From Octopus sinensis (Eukaryota): DNA of 64,000 nt. A program made the translations under genes and the position numbers. Positions 1 to 13,594 of this stretch are shown in pieces; within the stretch, counting starts at the first letter, position 1; each line of letters starts with the position of its first letter. The stretch covers positions 56,978,001 to 57,042,000 of the forward strand of contig NC_042999.1 in the NCBI RefSeq assembly GCF_006345805.1. Reading direction: 5' to 3'. The notes under the pieces were generated by a model that did not search any database, was not told the origin of the DNA, and saw only the letters and a list, made by a program, of their open reading frames with translations.

Positions 1-12
1 TTATTATTATTA

Positions 13-700
13 AGGCATCAAACTGGCAGAATCGTTAGCATGCCAGGTGAAATGCTTAGCAATATTTCATCCATCCTCATGTTCTGAGTTCAAATGCTGC
101 TGAGGTTGACTTTACCTTCCCTCCTTTCTCGGTCAATAAAATAAACACCAGTTGAGTACTGGAGTCGATCTAATTGACTGGCCCCCTCCTTCAAAATTTC
201 AGGCCTTGTGCCTATAGTGGAAAGGATTACTATTATTATTAACAGGGCAGTGAGCTGGCAGAATCATTTGCACACTGGATGAAATGTTTAGCGGCATTTT
301 GTCCATCGCTATATTCTGAGTTCAAATTCCACTGACGTCAACTTTGCCTTTCATTCTTTTGGGGTTGACAAATTAAGAACCAATTGAATGCTGGAGTTGA
401 TGTAACAGACTCATCACCTTCCCCCAAAAGCTACCCTTGTGGCAAAATTTGAAACCATTATTATTATTATTAAGGTGGCACATCGGGCAAAATGCTTTAT
501 GGTATTTTGTCTGCATTTATGTTCTGAGTTCAAACTTTGCCGAAGTCACCTTTGCCTTTCTTCCTTTCGGGGTCAATAAATTAAATACCAGTGAAACACT
601 GGGATTGGTGTTATCAACCAGTCCCCTCCCACCAAATCTGAGGCCTTGTGCCTCCAGTAGAAAGGATTATTATTATTATTATTAATTATTATTATTATTA
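13..700 (+). mobile_element. Three head-to-tail copies of tRNA-headed SINE family A, separated by (TTA)n tails
   Basis: Repeated unit ggc.agctggcagaatcgttagc...ctgagttcaaatt (A/B-box-like)...gactttgcctttcatcctttcggggtc...aaggattattatt at about 13, 245 and 472. Confidence 0.85.
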
Positions 701-1553
701 AGTTCTTTGACTGCTTAACCAAACAGAATGCCTATATATAGTGTTTTGTTTTGTTTATGTTTTCTATTGTACCAAGACTATATTCTCTATAAAGTATGGA
801 CAAATCCTGGCTGTTATATCTTTGTATGATGCATGTGTGTGTGTGTGTGTGGGGGTGTGTGTTTCCCTAAGTCCTGAGGTTTGAGTTTTTATATATACAA
901 ATAAATTAGTCTGCATTTTTTCTATCATTGCCAAGGCACCTATTGTTTAATGGTATTGTTTCTATTTCCAGTTATCATCACCATCATCATCCTCATCATC
1001 ATCAGCTGCAGCAGCAGCAGCAGTAGTAGTAGTTGTAGTACCACCATTATTGTATTATCAGCACTATAATTATTGTTCCATTGTTGCATTTGTAGTTATT
1101 ATTCTTCATTCTTCTCCATTGTTTCTTCATTCCATTTTCACTATTTACGTTGTAAACACCATTCCATCCTGTTTATGTAAAAATATTTGCTACATATTTG
1201 TCAAAATTTGAATATCAGAAGACTGTCTGTTTATTCTGTAAAGTTACCGATATTTTTATGCTGTTGTTATAGTTGTGGTACGTTGCGAGTTGAATAAGTG
1301 AAGGTTTGTGATTCCTAATTCCTCCTAATGTCATTTTTCAATTTTTTTCTTTTTTTTCTTGTAGTTCTATTTTTTTTTTTGGCATTTTTTTGGCTTATTG
1401 CTTCCAGAATTCTTTTGAATGAATGCATAAATAAAAGAATGTCAGAATAGCAGGGAAATAACAATATGATAGATACAACAAATTGAAGTTCCATTTCTTT
1501 CAAAGATGGTAGCCAATGAATTTGATAAAAAAAAAAAATCTCTGGATGAATGA

Positions 1554-1634
1554 AAGGGGCTGTACGGAAACAAGGAAGGGGCTATGTGGAGACAAGGAAG
1601 GGGCTATGTGGAGACAAGGAAGGGGAAATGTGGT
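1554..1634 (+). repeat. 22-bp minisatellite (aaggggctatgtggagacaagg), about 3.5 copies
   Basis: Unit directly visible. Confidence 0.9.
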
Positions 1635-1767
1635 AAAGAAATTCACTTTGCAATCATGAAGGTTTGAGGCCAGGTTCTGCTTTGCAACACTTGGTCAAGT
1701 GTCTTCTATCATAATTTCATTATGAGTAAAACTGAGCAGATGAAGTATATTTTGTTACTTGTTTTTT

Positions 1768-2149
1768 TTGCTTGTTTCAGTCATTTGACTGTGGCCATGC
1801 TGAAGCACCACCTTCAAGGGTTTTGGTCACACAAATCAACCCCAGGACTTATTTTTTTAAAGCCTAGTACTTATTCTATCATTCTCTTTTGCTGAACAGC
1901 TAAGTTACATAAGTACACAAACACCGGTTATCAAGCGGTGATGAGGAAACAGACACAAACACAAAGACACAAATACACACACACACATATATACACGACA
2001 GGTTTCCATCTATCAAATCGACTCACAAGGCTTTGGTCGGCCTGAGGCTATAATAGAAGACACTTGCCCAAAGTGCCATGCAGTAGGACTGAACCCAAAA
2101 CCATGTGGTTGCAAAATGAACTTCCTAACCACATACCCATGCCTGTGCC
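1768..2149 (-). mobile_element. SINE family B (tRNA head plus CORE-like domain, internal microsatellite)
   Basis: Reverse complement of the full copy at 32732-33140; contains the ccttgggcaagtgtctt CORE-like block. Confidence 0.8.
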
Positions 2150-2333
2150 TTATCTCTACGGGATGGTTATCTTTTTCATACAGAAAACAATAGACATAAT
2201 TGTCTCAATGTTTGAATTATTAAAGCATAATAAAGTTTAATCCTACAACTCCATAATTTGGGCAAGTATCTTTTACCATATCTCCGATTGGATTGAAGCC
2301 TTGAGAGCAAAATTATTTGAAGGGAAACTGTGT

Positions 2334-2742
2334 GGCAAGCTGGCAGAAGCGTTAACACGCCAGGCGAAATGCTTAGCAGTATTTTGTCTGCCGCTACGTT
2401 CTGAGTTCAAATTCCGCTGAGGTCGACTTTGCTTTTCATCTTTCCGGAGTCGATTAAATAAATACCAGTTACACACTGGAGTCGATATAATTGACTTAAA
2501 CCGTTTGTCTGTCCTTGTTTGTCCTCTCTGTGTTTAGCCCTTTGTGGGTAGTAAAGTAATAGGTATTTCGTCTGTCTTTACGTTCAAATTCCGCTGAGGT
2601 ATACTTTGCCTTTCATCCTTTCGGGGTCGATTAAATAAGTACCAGTTATGCACTGGAGTCGATATAATCGACTTAATACATTTGTCTGTCCTTGTTTGTC
2701 CCCTCTGTGTGTAGCCCCTTGTGGGTAGTAAAGAAATAAGAA
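2334..2742 (+). mobile_element. SINE family A with tandem duplication of its 3' half
   Basis: One head followed by two copies of the segment from ttcaaattccgctgagg to gtgggtagtaaag. Confidence 0.85.
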
Positions 2743-3136
2743 ATAGGAAACTGCGTGGAAGTTTGTTGCATGGAATTTACCTATAATTTAAAAACAAAAA
2801 ACAAACCAAAAAAAATCAGCCATGTCACTCACTCATATACTGTTATATTGATTCTGCCTAAGGATTACATTAAGGGTAGAAGCATCTTGGGAATACTTAC
2901 CCGGTTATTCTATAATTCAATATGTAAGTAGTTTTATTGATCAAAATAAGTGGAACGCAAAATCCATCATGTGTTAAGTAGAATAAAAAATATAAATGGG
3001 AATATGATGTATGCATGATATATGCCTACACACATATACCTACAAATACATACATATGCACACATTTACATACATATGCATTTCCTTAGACATACATTCA
3101 CACACTCACACATATGTCTGTATGTCTGTACTGCAA

Positions 3137-3194
<58 letters not shown>

Positions 3195-3349
3195 CGTGCA
3201 TGTGTGTGTGTGTGTGTGTGTATTCTATGTCTATGCTGCAATATGTATATGTGTATCTGAAATGTGTGAAACAGATTTAAAATAAATGAAATATAATATC
3301 TGAAATGTGTGTATCCCTGCTTGCACCGCCATTTACATAGTAATTTTAG

Positions 3350-3387
3350 CCGACTACTTTATAACGATATTACACCCTAAATTATCG
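3350..3387 (+). CDS. Candidate internal exon 1 of an unidentified + strand gene (xDYFITILHPKLS)
   Basis: taattttag acceptor, gtatgc donor, single open frame; phase 1 in, phase 0 out, matching the 11814 micro-exon. Confidence 0.5.
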
Positions 3388-3680
3388 GTATGCAGAAGAA
3401 ATATTGGTCTTTTCCAATTTATTTACCAAACTATATCTAATATTTATAGAGATATATTAGCAAATCATTAACAAAATCAACCTCTACTTGGCCTCTTAGT
3501 TATTTTAAAAGCAGCATATTTATTACTTTTAGGGACATTATATTTTGTAATGCAACCATAATCTACTACAAAGTATATTAAACGTTTTATAAATCAATAC
3601 TGTGTCCTACTGTGTTAGCAGTGCTTTTAAATCACATGTTAAGGTTACCTCTACAGATTTTCTATAGAAATTGTAGACAG

Positions 3681-4030
3681 TAGGAGTGGCTGTGTAATAA
3701 GTAGCTTGCTTACCAACCACATGGTTCCGGGTTCAGTCCCACTGCGTGGCACCTTGGGCAAGTGTCTTCTACTATAGCCTCGGGCCGACCAAAACCTTGT
3801 GAGTGGATTTGGTAGACAGAAACTGAAAGAAGCCCGTTGTTTATATGTATATGTATATTATGTGTGTGTGTGTGTTTGTGTGTCTGTGTTTGTCCCCCCC
3901 AACACCGCTTGACAAACGATGCTGGTGTGTTTACATCCCCGTAACTTAGCAGTTCAGCAAAAGAGACTGATAGAATAAGTACTAGGCTTACAAGAAATTT
4001 GATTCAACTAAATGACTGAAGCAATTAAAA
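3681..4030 (+). mobile_element. SINE family B, 3' end degraded
   Basis: Starts taggagtggctgtgtaataagtagcttgc; B-box-like ggttcagtccc; CORE-like block. Confidence 0.85.
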
Positions 4031-6686
4031 AGAGAGAGAGCACTGATTTGTAATGATGTTCATATCTGAAGACGTCTGATGTAAACAACAATTTGATCAT
4101 ATATGGGTGTGTGTATATGCATATTTCAGAAGTTCTTGTTCCTTCTTCAGCTCCACACCCAACCTATTAACCATGGAAACATTGCTTAAATCACACTAAA
4201 AATAGTGGTGTAACATTAGCAGCCAAATCATCCTCAAATCACACCATAATAGAAATGGGAACAATGGATGATACAGTTTCTTATGTATAGAAAAACATAG
4301 ATGGCTCTGGTCATAGATCTATTGAACCAGGGCTAATCTGGTTCTAAACAAATACAATAAACTATGAAGGTTAAAATATCTGTTCACCCTGTAAGATAGA
4401 TATGTTTTAAAGATGCATGGCCTAATGAGTGTCCAGCTCATTATTATATGGGTGTGGGGGGTCAATTCCTGGAGCAGGTTGTGCATTGCATAATTGAAAA
4501 AGCATAGAAATATGAAAGCGGGTGGAACCAAAAATGGAAGAAGTGTATAATGAAAATAAATACCCCAGTAGAAGAAGCAGAAGAATCTATTGGCTCAACC
4601 CATTCAGCATGTGACGGAATGGTTTTCTTGAAAGCAGGTAAGGGTTGACATCTGGAAGAGCTTCCAACCATAGAAATTTTTTCCAACCCATACCAGCATG
4701 GAAAAAGTAGATGTATAAATAATGGATGTTGATGTTGATCATAATAACGATGATGATGATAATGATGATGAAGATGATGTATGACTTGTCTGTTTATCTG
4801 GATGCTGTTGGATACAGCTCATAGCTACCCTACAGGAAATAAATATTGTTCTTCCCACTATAAAGTTGATAATGTTACTGCATTACACTTCCAAAACTAA
4901 GTGGTGACTTTATCTCTAAAGTTCAACATACAGATTGCATTCCTGTATAAAATGTGGAACATTTCTTTATGACAAGCAGTAAAAAATTCTGTTTCCTTTG
5001 GAACTTTTCCAAAGAATATCTACTTTTAAGTTTACATTATTCGGTGCTGAACTGGCAGAGTTAATAGAGTGTTGGATTAAATGCATTGTGGCATTTGTTT
5101 CAACTCTCTGTGTACTGAGTTCTACTCTTGTTGAGGTACACTTTGCTTTCATCCTTTCAGGATCAATGAATGAGTACCAATCTAAGGAAATGGATTAGTG
5201 GAACTATCAGGGAGCCAGATGGGATGTTTTGCAGTATTTGTTCTTGCTCTTTACATTCTGACAACAATAACAGTGATGACACTGATGCCAAGCTATTATC
5301 AGCTCAAGTCTGTGATATTATCTGTGGATAAACATTTGTGACGCAGGATGAAGGATGATGGAGAATTACATGTATAAGCAACTGCTAGTCTTCTGCAAAA
5401 GATTTTCTCACACTTGCTCACAGACGTGCAGATGCATGGTCAGCACTGACTGACGAAGGCCCTTCTTGGATGATGAGCACAATGGATTGTGCTGGACAAA
5501 ATCATTTGTCCATTATGTCTCTTTACATACTGAGTTCAAAAACCTGTGAATTTGATTTCGTTTTCTATCCTTCAGAGGGTCAACAAAATAAGTAGTAATA
5601 AAGCACTGGGGTTAGATTAAACTGAATATACTCTTTCGTTAAATTGTGCATTTAAGTCTCTAGGTTAGAAATGATGTTTAACACCATGTCATTCTATGGA
5701 CTATGACTTGCCAGCTGTAATCATCTGTCATTTTTTTATAGAGCAAGAGATCTGGGACTGCCTTTTTTTTAAAGACAGTTGAGAGTGATCTGATACTTAG
5801 CTGCTATTTCTAACAAGTCAAGCAAATAAGTAGAGACACCTCTATGGACTTATTTACTGCCAAGTGAACTTGTTTTATAAAGATTACATGTCTTAAGAAC
5901 AGGGAAGAATATTTTGAGAGTGTTGATGATGAGGATGTACGAAAGCAGTGCCTGCAAAAACCAACAACAGACCTATTAGTATCTGCCGGGGTCCCTCTCT
6001 AAAAGAAAAACTCAAACCTCAGTACCCTTAAATTTTGAGAGAAATCCATGAGCCTGAAAATAGTTTTGTTCTATCTTGCCAAATTTCGTTTAGAGGTTCT
6101 TGCTAAAGACAAGATACCAACTAGTGATGATCCTTCATCAAATGAGCATAGCCAGCCAAGCACAGCATCTTTATTTAGCATTTTCAATAATTTATAGATC
6201 TAGAGAACTTATGCTGTCATCTGAAGAGGTTGGGAATATGAGTAGGAAGGAACAAACAAATAACAAAACCAAAACTAAATAAATAACTATATCAGAAATG
6301 TCTTTTATTGATGTCTAATTGCATTTCCAATTAATTTAGATCACATCTGGCCTAATAGAGGTCTCCCATTTAATGAAATTGTACCATAAACAAAGATGGT
6401 AGATGTTTGCAATATATTAAGGAAAGTAATAGTAATTTCACTATGTCCTTAACTTGGATCGATTTGTAGCCAGGAAGTATTTCTCCAGGGTATGTTCTTC
6501 ACCCCCAACACATCAACCCACACCTTGCTACCCTTCATTTACTGAACTACAAAGATGGGGGAGTGGCGGAAAATAACAAAGTAAAAAAGAAAACATCCAT
6601 CTACTTTATAAATGAAGATTTACAACCAGTCAATGATTTACATAGATGAAAGCTTTTAACGGAACTGACATGACATTTGAGAGAGT

Positions 6687-6755
<69 letters not shown>

Positions 6756-7184
6756 AGAGAGAGAGAGAGAGATAAGTGATTGTGATGATGTAGGAAAGAC
6801 ATCTGTTGAATGAACACAGTAGAAGTCAGCTTTACACATGACATCTGACCAATTAGATATATTGCAATGATTACACACAAAACAAGAATAAAATATCAAG
6901 CATAGAGAAAAAAAAAACAAACAGAAAAGAACATAGAATAAAACAAAAATATTGTCCATGCTTTTTCATGTAATATTTGTTATCACTCATTCACTACCCA
7001 CCCTGATGAATAAAGATAATTCATGAATGGTATGGCAATTGATAATAAAAGGATATTAATACTGATATTAGCATTGCTAAATAGATGACAACTAGCGAAG
7101 TTTGGCTTGTTGTATCATTTAGAGGAGCATGAATAGAATGTTCTTTCTGCAGTCATTATTTTGACAAATGAAGAAAATTGTTAT

Positions 7185-7765
7185 TATTATTCAGTGAACT
7201 GGCACAGAGTCGAATAAAAATGCCTTATGGTAATATTATTCTGGGAATTAACATTCTGAGTTCACATCATACCAAGGTAATCTTTGCATTTCATCCATCT
7301 GGGGCTGATAAATATAATGAACCATCAAGTACTGAGGTTGATGTAACTGCCATCTGCCTCTCCTCAAAAACTGCTGGCTCTGTGCCAAAATTTGGAACCA
7401 TTATTATTATTATTATTATTATCATCATTATTGTGAGAGAAGAGTGCATACCATCAAAGTGACACTGAGGTAAAATATACAAAGCCCAGTATACCCATCA
7501 TGACTACCCGTCTGATAAGGGTACACTAGGCACATGCATCACAATCATATGTGCACAACATGGTGATCTCATACGGAGATTAGCAGTGCATGACCTTGCA
7601 GGTGGGGCCCAGTTAGAATTTTCTTCAGGTCGAGTAGCCCATCTCGCTCAAAAGGTCCCTGAATAAGGGTTGTTTAAAGATGTTGAACGAACTACTCATG
7701 TTTCCAGAGGTGAATTATCCAAACCTCAAAGAATTCTTATCAACACGTGGCTATGATGCTCCCCC

Positions 7766-7804
<39 letters not shown>

Positions 7805-8210
7805 AAAGCAGTGATCTGATAGAAAAGTTAGCACATTGGTATTTCATCTGTCTTTACAATCAAAGTTCAGATTCTGAGGTCAACTTTGCCTTACATCCTT
7901 TTGGGGTCGATTAATTAAGTACCAATGAAAAACTGGGGTCGATGTTATTGCTACATTCCCTCCCACAAAATGGCTGCCCTTGTGGCAAAATTTGAAACCA
8001 TTATTATTATTATCATTAAGGCAGCAAGCTAGCAAGCACATCAGGCAAAATACTGTATGTTCTGAGTTCAAATTCTGCCAAGGTCAACTTACCTTTCATC
8101 CTTTCGGGGTTGATAAAAATAAGTACCAGTTGAATACTGGAATCAATGGGATTAACTTGCCTCCTGCCCTAAAATTGCTGGCCTTGTGCCGAAATTTGAA
8201 ATCATCATCA

Positions 8211-8274
<64 letters not shown>

Positions 8275-8696
8275 GGCAGTGAGCTAACTAAATCATTAAC
8301 ATGCCAGGTGAAATACTGCTAAGCATTTCACCTGTCCTTATGTTGTGAGTTCAAATTCTGTCGAGGTCAACTTTGCCTTTTATCCTTTCGGGTTTGATGA
8401 AGTAAGTACCAATTGAGCACGGGGGTTGATGTAAATGACTAGTCCCCTTCCCACAAAATTTCAAGCCTTGTGCCTATTGTAGAAAGGATTATTATTCTTA
8501 TGAAGATGATGAAGTGGCAGACTCCTTACATCATTGAAAGAAATGTCTAGAGTAGTTTCAGTACTTTACACTCTGAGTTCAAATCTTGCTGAAGCCAACT
8601 TTATTTTTCATCCTTTCAGGATTGTTAAAATGAAATACCAGTCATAAACTGGATTTGAAGGTACTGACAAACCCCTCCCCTCAAAAAATTGCTGGC

Positions 8697-8730
<34 letters not shown>
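7185..8730 (+). mobile_element. Array of about 5 SINE A copies joined by (TTA)n, interrupted by a family C fragment
   Basis: Family A units start at about 7190, 7805, 8015, 8273 and 8505. Confidence 0.8.
7433..7765 (-). mobile_element. Family C retroposon 3' fragment
   Basis: Matches 20907-21240 and the reverse complement of 11100-11430. Confidence 0.8.
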
Positions 8731-8732
<2 letters not shown>

Positions 8733-9439
8733 TAAATTATTATAATTATTATTATATGGAACTACAAACAACAAATATATTTTAAAATACATCTCATGAG
8801 TTTTTGAAAACTATCAGATCACTCTCTTAATTGGATGTGTGTGTGTGTATTGTGTCTGCATGGACTCATTTCATAGAGAAGTGAGAAGTCTTTTGTTGTG
8901 CTTTCCACTCCTGTTAGTGGTTGAAAATGACTACATTTAAAAAAAAAAAAAATCTTTTTTATCTTTTGCCTTCACACAAATTTCAAAAATATTCGTTAAC
9001 AAGGCATTCACTGAAGTGACAAGGCAGTAGGAGGATAACTCCCACAAATGAAACAGCAATGTATGTATATGCTCTTATGAAAACATTTAATAGATTAATA
9101 TAGAGTTAAACAAAAAAATGATGAAAAATACTCGGATATAACAATTCTACAAATGGACTCTTTTGTAAATGCAATCTTTTTGTCCTTCAACATGCACAAT
9201 TTATTTCAACTGAAGTATTTGCATTTCAGCTAAAGTTTTTTAAGTCTCATATTGTATAACATTTGTGAAATTGTATAATGTTTTTGCTTCATCTACACAT
9301 TAATTATATAAATATGTATGTACGTTCTCACACATTGTAACATATTTTGAATGAATGAATGGGCTCTTATAGAAAATAAGAAAAGGCTATTGTTATTATT
9401 ATTATTATTACCATTATCATCATCATTATTATTATTGTT

Positions 9440-9790
9440 TATGAAGGTGCATGGCATAGATGTTAGGCTTCCAAACATAAGGTTATGAGTTTGATTCTTA
9501 GACTAAATGGTGGATTGTGTCTTCGAGCAACAGGCTTCACTGTACATTGCTTCAGTCAACTGTAACTGAAGAGGAGTACTAACCCAGTGCTGGTGCAGCT
9601 CTCAATGCAGTGAGCTGACTGAATCAGTAGAGCATCCCTCCCCACAAAATGCTTTGTGATATTTGTTGCAGCTCTGAGTTCAAATCCTGCCAGGATCAAC
9701 TTTACATTTCATTCCTCCAGGGTTGATAAAATAAAGTACCTGTCAAGAAATGGGAACAACGGAATCAACTTATCCTCCTCCCCTCACTCC
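9440..9790 (+). mobile_element. Degraded tRNA-headed SINE followed by a SINE A fragment
   Basis: gagtttgattc B-box-like motif, then gctgactgaatcagtagagc...ctgagttcaaatcc. Confidence 0.55.
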
Positions 9791-10659
9791 TAGTAGTATC
9801 ATCCGAACCTCTTGTGATGATAGAGAGCAAATGGAAGCGAGAGAGGAATAGAAGACTGTTGCAAGGGAAGAACAGGAAGGAGAGAAGGAAAAGTGTGAGC
9901 CTAAGCAGAAGTGGGACACTGGAAGGGGAGCATCACACTATGGAGTTGCTCAACTTCACAAGGATTGAAAAAGAAAGCAATTTGATGCTTGAACTGGAGG
10001 GGAATGGACCTAAGTTGATTGATCACACATCATGAGGTCCCTTATGGCATGGCTGACCAAAAAACACTTTAGGATTGTTTTGAGTGTTGGGATTTGAGTA
10101 TGTGGTGTGGAAGTTAGTTGTTATAATTCATAACATTTACCATATTTATTTTGAGATTCTCTGTGTTTCTTTCAATTATTTTAAATATAACAAAGAATTT
10201 AGTGAAATAACTTAGTTATCACTAAGCTAGTGTTAGGAACATAAACTGTGACTAAGGTTTGGTGGAAGATTTTAATTCAAAACTTATGAAAACAAGACAA
10301 TTGTACAACAGAGCCAAGGGCGGTTTCAGCCGGGTTGGTATCAAAAGGGTTAAGTAGTTTGAATGGTTTTTAAGGGCAAAATTATATACTTAAGTCACTG
10401 GCTCATATCCCACCTATTCCAGATAATGCTTCTTAGTCTTCCAAATGCTGTAGATACTAGTGAGATTTGTCTTTTCTGTTCTGATCTATTTGGTACAATA
10501 CTATCAAGAAATGCAAACTTGAGTAAGACATAGAAATACTATCATAATAAAATCTTTCCATTTAACATAATGGCTCAGCCATGCAATAGGAAGGCCATCC
10601 AAAGGCAAATAATGCTATAATACAAGACCCCTTTCTCTCCCCCTTCTCTCTCTCTCTTT

Positions 10660-10708
<49 letters not shown>

Positions 10709-10739
10709 TTCTAAGCCACATCACCATGATCTGAATTTA

Positions 10740-10905
10740 TGGCCATATTTGTCTGTAGTCAGTGTCCAACTGCTACTTATTTTATAAACCCCAAAAGGAT
10801 GAAAGGCAAAGCTGACCTCCTTAGCATAATTTGAACTCAGAATGTAATGATGGTCAAAATGCTTTGTAGTATTTGTCCAGTATGCTAACAATACTACTAG
10901 CTCTC
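10740..10905 (-). mobile_element. SINE family A fragment
   Basis: Reverse complement of the family A core (aaggatgaaaggcaaagctgacc...tttgaactcagaatg). Confidence 0.7.
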
Positions 10906-10907
10906 TG

Positions 10908-11440
10908 CCAGTGGCTCTCATGGCTTCTGATCTCAACTGATTGGAAGTGTTATCATGTACACTGTTTTGTCTTGGTATAAAAGATGGGTTACAGCAAATA
11001 TTCTTGCTCAATACCACTGATTTGCTTGTCAGTTGTTTGACCTTAACCAGTTGAGCATGTCCCTTAGTCGCTGACGATATGTGCATCTCTGATCACGAGC
11101 AGAAGTAGTCGGGGAGCATCATAGCCATGTGTGGAGAGGAATTCTTTGGGGTTTGGATAATTCACCTCAGGAAACATGGGTGTTTCGTTCAATATCCTTA
11201 AATGACCCTTATTCAGGGACCTTTTGAGCAGAATGGGCTACTCAACTTGAAAATTCTGTCTCCTCCTGTAAGGTCATGCGCTGTTTATCTTCATATTAGA
11301 TCACTATGTCGCACATATATGGTTGTGATGCATGTGCCTGGTGTACCCTTATCAGACAGGTAGTCATGATGGGTATACTGGGTTTCGTATATTTTACCCC
11401 AGTATCACTTTGATGGCATGCACTGCTTTCTCATATAATG

Positions 11441-11486
<46 letters not shown>

Positions 11487-11505
11487 TAATAATAATAACA
11501 ATAAT
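10908..11505 (+). mobile_element. Family C retroposon (~520 bp) ending in an (AAT)n tail
   Basis: Reverse complement of 20907-21455; ends gcactgctttctc followed by (aat)n. Confidence 0.85.
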
Positions 11506-11813
11506 AAAAGAATTTTCAATACAGTGAAAATAAGAGCACCACAACAAACTACAGCACATACCCGAGGCACACAGAGCTGTGCTCAGTTGTGCAGTGAAAG
11601 CATGTGATCAAAATAAAACTACTGAATAATAACAATGATATTAACAACAACAACAACAAATGATTCCAGATTAGTCGTGTGTACAAAGCATTTTTCTGTT
11701 GGCCCCTAGGGTGGCTCACAATGATTAGCATTTTCCTCCGTTAGTAATTTTGCCTTCTCGTTCCATTTTCACTGTTATTTTAAACTGATCCCTATTGATT
11801 ACTTTTCCCCCAG

Positions 11814-11827
11814 CAATCTAGAAGAAG
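11814..11827 (+). CDS. Candidate 14-nt micro-exon 2 (QSRR + AG)
   Basis: Strong acceptor ttacttttcccccag, weaker donor gtagta; phase 0 in, phase 2 out, bridging exons 3350 and 18215. Confidence 0.4.
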
Positions 11828-12129
11828 GTAGTACAGTGAACCTATGCAGATCACCAGTTTAGTTTCACTTTTTTATCATGTGTTATTTTGGTCAATTAGA
11901 AATTTATAGTTTGTGAGCCATTTCTTTTTTTTTTTCAGCGCAAGTTTTACAAAGCACATGAGTGTTGTAGGTTCACCATTGCCATGATTGCTATTTTAAC
12001 CAATCAGTAACTAGTAGTATGTTGAACCATTTTTCACCTTCTCAAAGAAGTCAAAACCTGTGTGTTTCCTCTTAGTTGTTTGCTTCATACTAGACTAGTT
12101 GACTAGCTATCACTTGTCTTTTATCTTTT

Positions 12130-12330
12130 AACTTTTACTTGCTTCAATCATTAGACTGCGGCCATGCTGGGGTATTGCCTTGAATTTTTAGTCAAATAAA
12201 TCAAACCTAATACTTCTTTTTAAGCCTGGTACTTATTCTATCAGTCTCTTTTGCTGAACTGCTAAGTTACAGAGATGCAAACACCAATACCAGTTCTCAA
12301 GCAGTGGTGGGTGACAGACACAGACAGAAA

Positions 12331-12372
<42 letters not shown>

Positions 12373-12715
12373 GGGAGAATTCACAAAAAAACAAGACAAA
12401 GACAGGTGGTATAGACAACAAACAGATGTATTAGTTTAACGCTCAGGAGGTGAAAAAGTCTTTAACATTTCGAGCCTATGCTCTTCCACAGAAAGGAAAA
12501 CAGAAAGAAACAGGGAGAGTAAATAAAGAATGTGTAGTGGCTAGCGTTCTATCATGGTGGGCTTCTTTCTGTTTCCGTCTACTAAATCCACTCGCAAGAC
12601 TTTGGTCAGCTCAAGGCTATAGTAGAGGATACTTGCCCAAGGTGCCAGGCAGTGGGACTGATCCCTGAACCATGTGGTTGAGAAGCTAGCTTCTTGCCAT
12701 ACAGCTGCATCTGAA
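12130..12715 (-). mobile_element. SINE family B with a nested hammerhead-like short element
   Basis: The family B sequence resumes after the insert at 12373-12557. Confidence 0.85.
12373..12557 (-). mobile_element. ~190-bp short repeat carrying a hammerhead-like motif; probably a Penelope-derived terminal piece (copy 1 of 3)
   Basis: Homologous to 43196-43396 and 44943-45122; minus strand reads ctttCTGTGGAagagc-atag-gctcGAAAtgtt-aaag. Confidence 0.65.
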
Positions 12716-13522
12716 CCTATTATTTATTCCTGATTTTTATTCTGGTAACAGTCATGCGTAAACTATCTCTTTACTATGTCACTTCATTCTCCCTCTCTCC
12801 TAGCTAGACAATAAACTTAGTCTAGCCTCAACAGAATCATTTTGATTAGCTTAAGATGATATTTGCTTATTTGACATTTTTTTCTACCTAAGGATATTTA
12901 TCTGCTTGCACACATTAAACTCTACAACACAAATTGTTTGGTTGACATGAAAACATGAAACTACCCACATTTTCCATAACATTCCTACAACATAAATGAT
13001 CTTCCTGGCTTTATGATGTACATTTCCATTTGTACATTTACACAAATATGCTCTGACTGTTGTAAATTAAGCTTAAAAATTTTCCATGCCTGATGTCTGT
13101 TCCTTTTTAACATGGATTCACAACTCATGTGTTGTGTAATTATTGTATAATTTTCCAGCAAGTTCCATTGAAATTTACAATTATGTTGGTATTTAAGAAA
13201 TAAAAGGAAAGATGATATAAAATCAATTTTTGTTATATCTACAAATAATATTTTAATTTCCTAAACATCCTATAAATAGTTAAATAAATTTTAATATTCA
13301 TTGTACTACGATTTGGATATAATGGACAACAAAAATTAATATAAGCGATAAATAATAGTATGTACACTTACATCATATAAAATATATGTTTAGAAATATA
13401 ATATATCAATATCATACAGAAATATCATACATCGATATGATACAAAAATACCGTATATCAATAACAATAGAAAGGAACAAAAACAAATATATTCAGTTAC
13501 TTTCCAAATCTGAAACACACTG

Positions 13523-13594
<72 letters not shown>

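Noticed and set aside
13159-13188. 30-nt + strand exon-like segment (ttttccag / gtattt)
   Set aside because: In the phase required between exons 11814 and 18215 it contains TGA, and the donor is weak
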